A stretch of DNA of 64,000 nucleotides from the NCBI GenBank assembly GCA_964276515.1, contig OZ193910.1, positions 3,162,001 to 3,226,000 on the forward strand. The letters run 5' to 3'. Origin of the DNA: Gordius albopunctatus (taxonomy: Eukaryota). The notes below the pieces were generated by a model, which was given only the letters and a program-made list of their open reading frames with translations, was not told the origin of the DNA and did not search any database. The translations under genes were made by a program, and so were the position numbers. Of the stretch, positions 15,001-30,000 are shown one piece after another (position 1 is the first letter of the stretch; each line of letters begins with the position of its first letter).

Positions 15001-18000
15001 CGTTTCCTTGCTGATTTATAAAAAAGAAATTTGAAATATATAGCAAATATTATATTTATAATTTTGTTAATATTTATAAAATAGTAGAATTACCATTGCT
15101 ATCAACGTGTTTTCTCCTTTCAAAAATAAATTAATCTTTTCTTCATTTCCTTGCTGATTTATAAAAAAGAAATTTGAAATATATAGCAAATATTATATTT
15201 ATAATTTTGTTAATATTTATAAAATAGTAGAATTACCATTGCTATCAACGTGTTTTCTCCTTTCAAAAATAAATTAATCTTTTCTTCGTTTCCTTGCTGA
15301 TTTATAAAAAAGAAATTTGAAATATATAGCAAATATTATATTTATAATTTTGTTAATATTTATAAAATAGTAGAATTACCATTCTAATCAACGTGTTTTC
15401 TCCTTTCAAAAATAAATCAATCTCTTCTTCATTTCCTTGCTGATTTATAAAAAAGAAATTTGAAATATATAGCAAATATTATATTTATAATTTTGTTAAT
15501 ATTTATAAAATAGTAGAATTACCATTTCTATCAACGTGTTTTCTCCTTTCAAAAATAAATTAATCTTTTCTTCGTTTCCTTGCTGATTTATAAAAAAGAA
15601 ATTTGAAATATATAGCAAATATTATATTTATAATTTTGTTAATATTTATAAAATAGTAGAATTACCATTGCTATCAACGTGTTTTCTCCTTTCAAAAATA
15701 AATCAATCTCTTCTTCATTTCCTTGCTGATTTATAAAAAAGAAATTTGAAATATATAGCAAATATTATATTTATAATTTTGTTAATATTTATAAAATAGT
15801 AGAATTACCATTTCTATCAACGTGTTTTCTCCTTTCAAAAATAAATTAATCTTTTCTTCGTTTCCTTGCTGATTTATAAAAAAGAAATTTGAAATATATA
15901 GCAAATATTATATTTATAATTTTGTTAATATTTATAAAATAGTAGAATTACCATTGCTATCAACGTGTTTTCTCCTTTCAAAAATAAATCAATCTCTTCT
16001 TCATTTCCTTGCTGATTTATAAAAAAGAAATTTGAAATATATAGCAAATAATATATTTATAATTTTGTTAATATTTATAAAATAGTAGAATTACCATTCT
16101 AATCAACGTGTTTTCTCCTTTCAAAAATAAATTAATCTTTTCTTCGTTTCCTTGCTGATTTATAAAAAAGAAATTTGAAATATATAGCAAATATTATATT
16201 TATAATTTTGTTAATATTTATAAAATAGTAGAATTACCATTCTAATCAACGTGTTTTCTCCTTTCAAAAATAAATTAATCTTTTCTTCGTTTCCTTGCTG
16301 ATTTATAAAAAAGAAATTTGAAATATATAGCAAATATTATATTTATAATTTTGTTAATATTTATAAAATAGTAGAATTACCATTCTAATCAACGTGTTTT
16401 CTCCTTTCAAAAATAAATTAATCTTTTCTTCGTTTCCTTGCTGATTTATAAAAAAGAAATTTGAAATATATAGTAAATATTATATTTATAATTTTGTTAA
16501 TATTTATAAAATAGTAGAATTACCATTGCTATCAACGTGTTTTCTCCTTTCAAAAATAAATTAATCTTTTCTTCATTTCCTTGCTGATTTATAAAAAAGA
16601 AATTTGAAATATATAGCAAATATTATATTTATAATTTTGTTAATATTTATAAAATAGTAGAATTACCATTGCTATCAACGTGTTTTCTCCTTTCAAAAAT
16701 AAATTAATCTTTTCTTCATTTCCTTGCTGATTTATAAAAAAGAAATTTGAAATATATAGTAAATATTATATTTATAATTTTGTTAATATTTATAAAATAG
16801 TAGAATTACCATTGCTATCAACGTGTTTTCTCCTTTCAAAAATAAATTAATCTTTTCTTCATTTCCTTGCTGATTTATAAAAAAGAAATTTGAAATATAT
16901 AGCAAATATTATATTTATAATTTTGTTAATATTTATAAAATAGTAGAATTACCATTGCTATCAACGTGTTTTCTCCTTTCAAAAATAAATCAATCTTTTC
17001 TTCATTTCCTTGCTGATTTATAAAAAAGAAATTTGAAATATATAGCAAATATTATATTTATAATTTTGTTAATATTTATAAAATAGTAGAATTACCATTG
17101 ATATCAACGTGTTTTCTCCTTTCAAAAATAAATCAATCTCTTCTTCATTTCCTTGCTGATTTATAAAAAAGAAATTTGAAATATATAGCAAATATTATAT
17201 TTATAATTTTGTTAATATTTATAAAATAGTAGAATTACCATTGCTATCAACGTGTTTTCTCCTTTCAAAAATAAATCAATCTCTTCTTTATTTCCTTGCT
17301 GATTTATAAAAAAGAAATTTGAAATATATAGTAAATATTATATTTATAATTTTGTTAATATTTATAAAATAGTAGAATTACCATTGCTATCAACGTGTTT
17401 TCTCCTTTCAAAAATAAATTAATCTTTTCTTCATTTCCTTGCTGATTTATAAAAAAGAAATTTGAAATATATAGTAAATATTATATTTATAATTTTGTTA
17501 ATATTTATAAAATAGTAGAATTACCATTGCTATCAACGTGTTTTCTCCTTTCAAAAATAAATCAATCTCTTCTTCATTTCCTTGCTGATTTATAAAAAAG
17601 AAATTTGAAATATATAGCAAATAATATATTTATAATTTTGTTAATATTTATAAAATAGTAGAATTACCATTCTAATCAACGTGTTTTCTCCTTTCAAAAA
17701 TAAATTAATCTTTTCTTCGTTTCCTTGCTGATTTATAAAAAAGAAATTTGAAATATATAGCAAATATTATATTTATAATTTTGTTAATATTTATAAAATA
17801 GTAGAATTACCATTCTAATCAACGTGTTTTCTCCTTTCAAAAATAAATCAATCTCTTCTTCATTTCCTTGCTGATTTATAAAAAAGAAATTTGAAATATA
17901 TAGCAAATATTATATTTATAATTTTGTTAATATTTATAAAATAGTAGAATTACCATTTCTATCAACGTGTTTTCTCCTTTCAAAAATAAATTAATCTCTT

Positions 18001-21000
18001 CTTCATTTCCTTGCTGATTTATAAAAAAGAAATTTGAAATATATAGCAAATATTATATTTATAATTTTGTTAATATTTATAAAATAGTAGAATTACCATT
18101 TCTATCAACGTGTTTTCTCCTTTCAAAAATAAATTAATCTTTTCTTCGTTTCCTTGCTGATTTATAAAAAAGAAATTTGAAATATATAGCAAATATTATA
18201 TTTATAATTTTGTTAATATTTATAAAATAGTAGAATTACCATTGCTATCAACGTGTTTTCTCCTTTCAAAAATAAATCAATCTCTTCTTCATTTCCTTGC
18301 TGATTTATAAAAAAGAAATTTGAAATATATAGCAAATAATATATTTATAATTTTGTTAATATTTATAAAATAGTAGAATTACCATTCTAATCAACGTGTT
18401 TTCTCCTTTCAAAAATAAATTAATCTTTTCTTCGTTTCCTTGCTGATTTATAAAAAAGAAATTTGAAATATATAGCAAATATTATATTTATAATTTTGTT
18501 AATATTTATAAAATAGTAGAATTACCATTCTAATCAACGTGTTTTCTCCTTTCAAAAATAAATTAATCTTTTCTTCGTTTCCTTGCTGATTTATAAAAAA
18601 GAAATTTGAAATATATAGCAAATATTATATTTATAATTTTGTTAATATTTATAAAATAGTAGAATTACCATTCTAATCAACGTGTTTTCTCCTTTCAAAA
18701 ATAAATTAATCTTTTCTTCGTTTCCTTGCTGATTTATAAAAAAGAAATTTGAAATATATAGTAAATATTATATTTATAATTTTGTTAATATTTATAAAAT
18801 AGTAGAATTACCATTGCTATCAACGTGTTTTCTCCTTTCAAAAATAAATTAATCTTTTCTTCATTTCCTTGCTGATTTATAAAAAAGAAATTTGAAATAT
18901 ATAGCAAATATTATATTTATAATTTTGTTAATATTTATAAAATAGTAGAATTACCATTGCTATCAACGTGTTTTCTCCTTTCAAAAATAAATTAATCTTT
19001 TCTTCATTTCCTTGCTGATTTATAAAAAAGAAATTTGAAATATATAGTAAATATTATATTTATAATTTTGTTAATATTTATAAAATAGTAGAATTACCAT
19101 TGCTATCAACGTGTTTTCTCCTTTCAAAAATAAATTAATCTTTTCTTCATTTCCTTGCTGATTTATAAAAAAGAAATTTGAAATATATAGCAAATATTAT
19201 ATTTATAATTTTGTTAATATTTATAAAATAGTAGAATTACCATTGCTATCAACGTGTTTTCTCCTTTCAAAAATAAATCAATCTTTTCTTCATTTCCTTG
19301 CTGATTTATAAAAAAGAAATTTGAAATATATAGCAAATATTATATTTATAATTTTGTTAATATTTATAAAATAGTAGAATTACCATTGATATCAACGTGT
19401 TTTCTCCTTTCAAAAATAAATCAATCTCTTCTTCATTTCCTTGCTGATTTATAAAAAAGAAATTTGAAATATATAGCAAATATTATATTTATAATTTTGT
19501 TAATATTTATAAAATAGTAGAATTACCATTGCTATCAACGTGTTTTCTCCTTTCAAAAATAAATCAATCTCTTCTTTATTTCCTTGCTGATTTATAAAAA
19601 AGAAATTTGAAATATATAGTAAATATTATATTTATAATTTTGTTAATATTTATAAAATAGTAGAATTACCATTGCTATCAACGTGTTTTCTCCTTTCAAA
19701 AATAAATCAATCTCTTCTTTATTTCCTTGCTGATTTATAAAAAAGAAATTTGAAATATATAGTAAATATTATATTTATAATTTTGTTAATATTTATAAAA
19801 TAGTAGAATTACCATTGCTATCAACGTGTTTTCTCCTTTCAAAAATAAATTAATCTTTTCTTCATTTCCTTGCTGATTTATAAAAAAGAAATTTGAAATA
19901 TATAGTAAATATTATATTTATAATTTTGTTAATATTTATAAAATAGTAGAATTACCATTGCTATCAACGTGTTTTCTCCTTTCAAAAATAAATCAATCTC
20001 TTCTTCATTTCCTTGCTGATTTATAAAAAAGAAATTTGAAATATATAGTAAATATTATATTTATAATTTTGTTAATATTTATGAAATAGTAGAATTACCA
20101 TTGCTATCAACGTGTTTTCTCCTTTCAAAAATAAATTAATCTTTTCTTCATTTCCTTGCTGATTTATAAAAAAGAAATTTGAAATATATAGCAAATATTA
20201 TATTTATAATTTTGTTAATATTTATAAAATAGTAGAATTACCATTGCTATCAACGTGTTTTCTCCTTTCAAAAATAAATCAATCTCTTCTTCATTTCCTT
20301 GCTGATTTATAAAAAAGAAATTTGAAATATATAGCAAATATTATATTTATAATTTTGTTAATATTTATAAAATAGTAGAATTACCATTCTAATCAACGTG
20401 TTGTCTCCTTTCAAAAATAAATTAATCTTTTCTTCATTTCCTTGCTGATTTATAAAAAAGAAAATTGAAATATATAGCAAATATTATATTTATAATTTTG
20501 TTAATATTTACAAAATAGTAGAATTACCATTCTAATCAACGTTTTTTCTCCTTTCAAAAATAAATTAATCTCTTCTTCGTTTCCTTGCTGATTTAAAATA
20601 AAAAATAAATTTGAAATATATAGCAAATATTATATTTATAATTTTGTTAATATTTATAAAATAGTAGAATTACCATTGCTATCAACGTGTTTTCTCCTTT
20701 CAAAAATAAATCAATCTTTTCTTCATTTCCTTGCTGATTTATAAAAAAGAAATTTGAAATATATAGCAAATATTATATTTATAATTTTGTTAATATTTAT
20801 AAAATAGTAGAATTACCATTTCTATCAACGTGTTTTCTCCTTTCAAAAATAAATCAATCTCTTCTTCATTTCCTTGCTGATTTATAAAAAAGAAATTTGA
20901 AATATATAGTAAATATTATATTTATAATTTTGTTAATATTTATAAAATAGTAGAATTACCATTGCTATCAACGTGTTTTCTCCTTTCAAAAATAAATTAA

Positions 21001-24000
21001 TCTTTTCTTCATTTCCTTGCTGATTTATAAAAAAGAAATTTGAAATATATAGCAAATATTATATTTATAATTTTGTTAATATTTATAAAATAGTAGAATT
21101 ACCATTGCTATCAACGTGTTTTCTCCTTTCAAAAATAAATTAATCTTTTCTTCATTTCCTTGCTGATTTATAAAAAAGAAATTTGAAATATATAGCAAAT
21201 ATTATATTTATAATTTTGTTAATATTTATAAAATAGTAGAATTACCATTGCTATCAACGTGTTTTCTCCTTTCAAAAATAAATCAATCTCTTCTTCATTT
21301 CCTTGCTGATTTATAAAAAAGAAATTTGAAATATATAGCAAATATTATATTTATAATTTTGTTAATATTTATAAAATAGTAGAATTACCATTGCTATCAA
21401 CGTGTTTTCTCCTTTCAAAAATAAATCAATCTCTTCTTCATTTCCTTGCTGATTTATAAAAAAGAAATTTGAAATATATAGTAAATATTATATTTATAAT
21501 TTTGTTAATATTTATAAAATAGTAGAATTACCATTGCTATCAACGTGTTTTCTCCTTTCAAAAACAAATTAATCTTTTCTTCGTTTCCTTGCTGATTTAT
21601 AAAAAAGAAATTTGAAATATATAGTAAATATTATATTTATAATTTTGTTAATATTTATAAAATAGTAGAATTACCATTGCTATCAACGTGTTTTCTCCTT
21701 TCAAAAATAAATTAATCTTTTCTTCATTTCCTTGCTGATTTATAAAAAAGAAATTTGAAATATATAGCAAATATTATATTTATAATTTTGTTAATATTTA
21801 TAAAATAGTAGAATTACCATTGCTATCAACGTGTTTTCTCCTTTCAAAAATAAATCAATCTCTTCTTCATTTCCTTGCTGATTTATAAAAAAGAAATTTG
21901 AAATATATAGCAAATATTATATTTATAATTTTGTTAATATTTATAAAATAGTAGAATTACCATTGCTATCAACGTGTTTTCTCCTTTCAAAAATAAATCA
22001 ATCTCTTCTTCATTTCCTTGCTGATTTATAAAAAAGAAATTTGAAATATATAGTAAATATTATATTTATAATTTTGTTAATATTTATAAAATAGTAGAAT
22101 TACCATTGCTATCAACGTGTTTTCTCCTTTCAAAAACAAATTAATCTTTTCTTCGTTTCCTTGCTGATTTATAAAAAAGAAATTTGAAATATATAGTAAA
22201 TATTATATTTATAATTTTGTTAATATTTATAAAATAGTAGAATTACCATTGCTATCAACGTGTTTTCTCCTTTCAAAAATAAATTAATCTTTTCTTCATT
22301 TCCTTGCTGATTTATAAAAAAGAAATTTGAAATATATAGCAAATATTATATTTATAATTTTGTTAATATTTATAAAATAGTAGAATTACCATTGCTATCA
22401 ACGTGTTTTCTCCTTTCAAAAATAAATCAATCTCTTCTTCATTTCCTTGCTGATTTATAAAAAAGAAATTTGAAATATATAGTAAATATTATATTTATAA
22501 TTTTGTTAATATTTATAAAATAGTAGAATTACCATTGCTATCAACGTGTTTTCTCCTTTCAAAAATAAATTAATCTTTTCTTCATTTCCTTGCTGATTTA
22601 TAAAAAAGAAATTTGAAATATATAGTAAATATTATATTTATAATTTTGTTAATATTTATAAAATAGTAGAATTACCATTCTAATCAACGTGTTTTCTCCT
22701 TTCAAAAATAAATTAATCTTTTCTTCGTTTCCTTGCTGATTTATAAAAAAGAAATTTGAAATATATAGCAAATATTATATTTATAATTTTGTTAATATTT
22801 ATAAAATAGTAGAATTACCATTTCTATCAACGTGTTTTCTCCTTTCAAAAATAAATTAATCTTTTCTTCGTTTCCTTGCTGATTTATAAAAAAGAAATTT
22901 GAAATATATAGCAAATATTATATTTATAATTTTGTTAATATTTATAAAATAGTAGAATTACCATTGCTATCAACGTGTTTTCTCCTTTCAAAAATAAATT
23001 AATCTTTTCTTCATTTCCTTGCTGATTTATAAAAAAGAAATTTGAAATATATAGCAAATATTATATTTATAATTTTGTTAATATTTATAAAATAGTAGAA
23101 TTACCATTCTAATCAACGTGTTTTCTCCTTTCAAAAATAAATTAATCTTTTCTTCGTTTCCTTGCTGATTTATAAAAAAGAAATTTGAAATATATAGCAA
23201 ATATTATATTTATAATTTTGTTAATATTTATAAAATAGTAGAATTACCATTCTAATCAACGTGTTTTCTCCTTTCAAAAATAAATTAATCTTTTCTTCGT
23301 TTCCTTGCTGATTTATAAAAAAGAAATTTGAAATATATAGCAAATATTATATTTATAATTTTGTTAATATTTATAAAATAGTAGAATTACCATTGCTATC
23401 AACGTGTTTTCTCCTTTCAAAAATAAATCAATCTCTTCTTCATTTCCTTGCTGATTTATAAAAAAGAAATTTGAAATATATAGCAAATAATATATTTATA
23501 ATTTTGTTAATATTTATAAAATAGTAGAATTACCATTCTAATCAACGTGTTTTCTCCTTTCAAAAATAAATTAATCTTTTCTTCGTTTCCTTGCTGATTT
23601 ATAAAAAAGAAATTTGAAATATATAGCAAATATTATATTTATAATTTTGTTAATATTTATAAAATAGTAGAATTACCATTCTAATCAACGTGTTTTCTCC
23701 TTTCAAAAATAAATTAATCTTTTCTTCGTTTCCTTGCTGATTTATAAAAAAGAAATTTGAAATATATAGCAAATATTATATTTATAATTTTGTTAATATT
23801 TATAAAATAGTAGAATTACCATTCTAATCAACGTGTTTTCTCCTTTCAAAAATAAATTAATCTTTTCTTCGTTTCCTTGCTGATTTATAAAAAAGAAATT
23901 TGAAATATATAGCAAATATTATATTTATAATTTTGTTAATATTTATAAAATAGTAGAATAACCATTCTAATCAACGTGTTTTCTCCTTTCAAAAATAAAT

Positions 24001-27000
24001 TAATCTTTTCTTCGTTTCCTTGCTGATTTATAAAAAAGAAATTTGAAATATATAGTAAATATTATATTTATAATTTTGTTAATATTTATAAAATAGTAGA
24101 ATTACCATTGCTATCAACGTGTTTTCTCCTTTCAAAAATAAATTAATCTTTTCTTCATTTCCTTGCTGATTTATAAAAAAGAAATTTGAAATATATAGCA
24201 AATATTATATTTATAATTTTGTTAATATTTATAAAATAGTAGAATTACCATTGCTATCAACGTGTTTTCTCCTTTCAAAAATAAATTAATCTTTTCTTCA
24301 TTTCCTTGCTGATTTATAAAAAAGAAATTTGAAATATATAGCAAATATTATATTTATAATTTTGTTAATATTTATAAAATAGTAGAATTACCATTGCTAT
24401 CAACGTGTTTTCTCCTTTCAAAAATAAATCAATCTTTTCTTCATTTCCTTGCTGATTTATAAAAAAGAAATTTGAAATATATAGCAAATATTATATTTAT
24501 AATTTTGTTAATATTTATAAAATAGTAGAATTACCATTGATATCAACGTGTTTTCTCCTTTCAAAAATAAATCAATCTCTTCTTCATTTCCTTGCTGATT
24601 TATAAAAAAGAAATTTGAAATATATAGCAAATATTATATTTATAATTTTGTTAATATTTATAAAATAGTAGAATTACCATTGCTATCAACGTGTTTTCTC
24701 CTTTCAAAAATAAATCAATCTCTTCTTCATTTCCTTGCTGATTTATAAAAAAGAAATTTGAAATATATAGTAAATATTATATTTATAATTTTGTTAATAT
24801 TTATGAAATAGTAGAATTACCATTGCTATCAACGTGTTTTCTCCTTTCAAAAATAAATTAATCTTTTCTTCATTTCCTTGCTGATTTATAAAAAAGAAAT
24901 TTGAAATATATAGCAAATATTATATTTATAATTTTGTTAATATTTATAAAATAGTAGAATTACCATTGCTATCAACGTGTTTTCTCCTTTCAAAAATAAA
25001 TCAATCTCTTCTTCATTTCCTTGCTGATTTATAAAAAAGAAATTTGAAATATATAGCAAATATTATATTTATAATTTTGTTAATATTTATAAAATAGTAG
25101 AATTACCATTCTAATCAACGTGTTTTCTCCTTTCAAAAATAAATTAATCTTTTCTTCATTTCCTTGCTGATTTATAAAAAAGAAAATTGAAATATATAGC
25201 AAATATTATATTTATAATTTTGTTAATATTTACAAAATAGTAGAATTACCATTCTAATCAACGTTTTTTCTCCTTTCAAAAATAAATTAATCTCTTCTTC
25301 GTTTCCTTGCTGATTTAAAATAAAAAATAAATTTGAAATATATAGCAAATATTATATTTATAATTTTGTTAATATTTATAAAATAGTAGAATTACCATTC
25401 TAATCAACGTTTTTTCCCCTTTCAAAAATAAATTAATCTCTTCTTCGTTTCCTTGCTGATTTATAAAAAAGAAAATTGAAATATATAGCAAATATTATAT
25501 TTATAATTTTGTTAATATTTATAAAATAGTAGAATTACCATTGCTATCAACGTGTTTTCTCCTTTCAAAAATAAATCAATCTTTTCTTCATTTCCTTGCT
25601 GATTTATAAAAAAGAAATTTGAAATATATAGCAAATATTATATTTATAATTTTGTTAATATTTATAAAATAGTAGAATTACCATTGCTATCAACGTGTTT
25701 TCTCCTTTCAAAAATAAATCAATCTCTTCTTCATTTCCTTGCTGATTTATAAAAAAGAAATTTGAAATATATAGTAAATATTATATTTATAATTTTGTTA
25801 ATATTTATAAAATAGTAGAATTACCATTGCTATCAACGTGTTTTCTCCTTTCAAAAATAAATTAATCTTTTCTTCATTTCCTTGCTGATTTATAAAAAAG
25901 AAATTTGAAATATATAGCAAATATTATATTTATAATTTTGTTAATATTTATAAAATAGTAGAATTACCATTGCTATCAACGTGTTTTCTCCTTTCAAAAA
26001 CAAATTAATCTTTTCTTCATTTCCTTGCTGATTTATAAAAAAGAAATTTGAAATATATATCAAATATTATATTTATAATTTTGTTAATATTTATAAAATA
26101 GTAGAATTACCATTGCTATCAACGTGTTTTCTCCTTTCAAAAATAAATTAATCTTTTCTTCATTTCCTTGCTGATTTATAAAAAAGAAATTTGAAATATA
26201 TAGCAAATATTATATTTATAATTTTGTTAATATTTATAAAATAGTAGAATTACCATTGCTATCAACGTGTTTTCTCCTTTCAAAAATAAATTAATCTTTT
26301 CTTCATTTCCTTGCTGATTTATAAAAAAGAAATTTGAAATATATATCAAATATTATATTTATAATTTTGTTAATATTTATAAAATAGTAGAATTACCATT
26401 GCTATCAACGTGTTTTCTCCTTTCAAAAATAAATTAATCTTTTCTTCATTTCCTTGCTGATTTATAAAAAAGAAATTTGAAATATATAGCAAATATTATA
26501 TTTATAATTTTGTTAATATTTATAAAATAGTAGAATTACCATTGCTATCAACGTGTTTTCTCCTTTCAAAAATAAATTAATCTTTTCTTCATTTCCTTGC
26601 TGATTTATAAAAAAGAAATTTGAAATATATATCAAATATTATATTTATAATTTTGTTAATATTTATAAAATAGTAGAATTACCATTGCTATCAACGTGTT
26701 TTCTCCTTTCAAAAATAAATTAATCTTTTCTTCATTTCCTTGCTGATTTATAAAAAAGAAATTTGAAATATATAGCAAATATTATATTTATAATTTTGTT
26801 AATATTTATAAAATAGTAGAATTACCATTGCTATCAACGTGTTTTCTCCTTTCAAAAATAAATCAATCTCTTCTTCATTTCCTTGCTGATTTATAAAAAA
26901 GAAAATTGAAATATATAGCAAATATTATATTTATAATTTTGTTAATATTTATAAAATAGTAGAATTACCATTGCTATCAACGTGTTTTCTCCTTTCAAAA

Positions 27001-30000
27001 ATAAATCAATCTCTTCTTCATTTCCTTGCTGATTTATAAAAAAGAAATTTGAAATATATAGTAAATATTATATTTATAATTTTGTTAATATTTATAAAAT
27101 AGTAGAATTACCATTGCTATCAACGTGTTTTCTCCTTTCAAAAATAAATTAATCTTTTCTTCATTTCCTTGCTGATTTATAAAAAAGAAATTTGAAATAT
27201 ATAGCAAATATTATATTTATAATTTTGTTAATATTTATAAAATAGTAGAATTACCATTGCTATCAACGTGTTTTCTCCTTTCAAAAATAAATTAATCTTT
27301 TCTTCATTTCCTTGCTGATTTATAAAAAAGAAATTTGAAATATATAGCAAATATTATATTTATAATTTTGTTAATATTTATAAAATAGTAGAATTACCAT
27401 TGCTATCAACGTGTTTTCTCCTTTCAAAAATAAATCAATCTCTTCTTCATTTCCTTGCTGATTTATAAAAAAGAAATTTGAAATATATAGCAAATATTAT
27501 ATTTATAATTTTGTTAATATTTATAAAATAGTAGAATTACCATTGCTATCAACGTGTTTTCTCCTTTCAAAAATAAATCAATCTCTTCTTCATTTCCTTG
27601 CTGATTTATAAAAAAGAAATTTGAAATATATAGTAAATATTATATTTATAATTTTGTTAATATTTATAAAATAGTAGAATTACCATTGCTATCAACGTGT
27701 TTTCTCCTTTCAAAAACAAATTAATCTTTTCTTCGTTTCCTTGCTGATTTATAAAAAAGAAATTTGAAATATATAGTAAATATTATATTTATAATTTTGT
27801 TAATATTTATAAAATAGTAGAATTACCATTGCTATCAACGTGTTTTCTCCTTTCAAAAATAAATTAATCTTTTCTTCATTTCCTTGCTGATTTATAAAAA
27901 AGAAATTTGAAATATATAGCAAATATTATATTTATAATTTTGTTAATATTTATAAAATAGTAGAATTACCATTCTAATCAACGTGTTTTCTCCTTTCAAA
28001 AATAAATTAATCTTTTCTTCGTTTCCTTGCTGATTTATAAAAAAGAAATTTGAAATATATAGCAAATATTATATTTATAATTTTGTTAATATTTATAAAA
28101 TAGTAGAATTACCATTTCTATCAACGTGTTTTCTCCTTTCAAAAATAAATTAATCTTTTCTTCGTTTCCTTGCTGATTTATAAAAAAGAAATTTGAAATA
28201 TATAGCAAATATTATATTTATAATTTTGTTAATATTTATAAAATAGTAGAATTACCATTGCTATCAACGTGTTTTCTCCTTTCAAAAATAAATTAATCTT
28301 TTCTTCATTTCCTTGCTGATTTATAAAAAAGAAATTTGAAATATATAGCAAATATTATATTTATAATTTTGTTAATATTTATAAAATAGTAGAATTACCA
28401 TTGCTATCAACGTGTTTTCTCCTTTCAAAAATAAATCAATCTCTTCTTCATTTCCTTGCTGATTTATAAAAAAGAAATTTGAAATATATAGCAAATAATA
28501 TATTTATAATTTTGTTAATATTTATAAAATAGTAGAATTACCATTCTAATCAACGTGTTTTCTCCTTTCAAAAATAAATTAATCTTTTCTTCGTTTCCTT
28601 GCTGATTTATAAAAAAGAAATTTGAAATATATAGCAAATATTATATTTATAATTTTGTTAATATTTATAAAATAGTAGAATTACCATTCTAATCAACGTG
28701 TTTTCTCCTTTCAAAAATAAATTAATCTTTTCTTCGTTTCCTTGCTGATTTATAAAAAAGAAATTTGAAATATATAGCAAATATTATATTTATAATTTTG
28801 TTAATATTTATAAAATAGTAGAATTACCATTCTAATCAACGTGTTTTCTCCTTTCAAAAATAAATTAATCTTTTCTTCGTTTCCTTGCTGATTTATAAAA
28901 AAGAAATTTGAAATATATAGCAAATATTATATTTATAATTTTGTTAATATTTATAAAATAGTAGAATTACCATTCTAATCAACGTGTTTTCTCCTTTCAA
29001 AAATAAATTAATCTTTTCTTCGTTTCCTTGCTGATTTATAAAAAAGAAATTTGAAATATATAGTAAATATTATATTTATAATTTTGTTAATATTTATAAA
29101 ATAGTAGAATTACCATTGCTATCAACGTGTTTTCTCCTTTCAAAAATAAATTAATCTTTTCTTCATTTCCTTGCTGATTTATAAAAAAGAAATTTGAAAT
29201 ATATAGCAAATATTATATTTATAATTTTGTTAATATTTATAAAATAGTAGAATTACCATTGCTATCAACGTGTTTTCTCCTTTCAAAAATAAATTAATCT
29301 TTTCTTCATTTCCTTGCTGATTTATAAAAAAGAAATTTGAAATATATAGTAAATATTATATTTATAATTTTGTTAATATTTATAAAATAGTAGAATTACC
29401 ATTGCTATCAACGTGTTTTCTCCTTTCAAAAATAAATTAATCTTTTCTTCATTTCCTTGCTGATTTATAAAAAAGAAATTTGAAATATATAGCAAATATT
29501 ATATTTATAATTTTGTTAATATTTATAAAATAGTAGAATTACCATTGCTATCAACGTGTTTTCTCCTTTCAAAAATAAATCAATCTTTTCTTCATTTCCT
29601 TGCTGATTTATAAAAAAGAAATTTGAAATATATAGCAAATATTATATTTATAATTTTGTTAATATTTATAAAATAGTAGAATTACCATTGATATCAACGT
29701 GTTTTCTCCTTTCAAAAATAAATCAATCTCTTCTTCATTTCCTTGCTGATTTATAAAAAAGAAATTTGAAATATATAGCAAATATTATATTTATAATTTT
29801 GTTAATATTTATAAAATAGTAGAATTACCATTGCTATCAACGTGTTTTCTCCTTTCAAAAATAAATCAATCTCTTCTTCATTTCCTTGCTGATTTATAAA
29901 AAAGAAATTTGAAATATATAGTAAATATTATATTTATAATTTTGTTAATATTTATGAAATAGTAGAATTACCATTGCTATCAACGTGTTTTCTCCTTTCA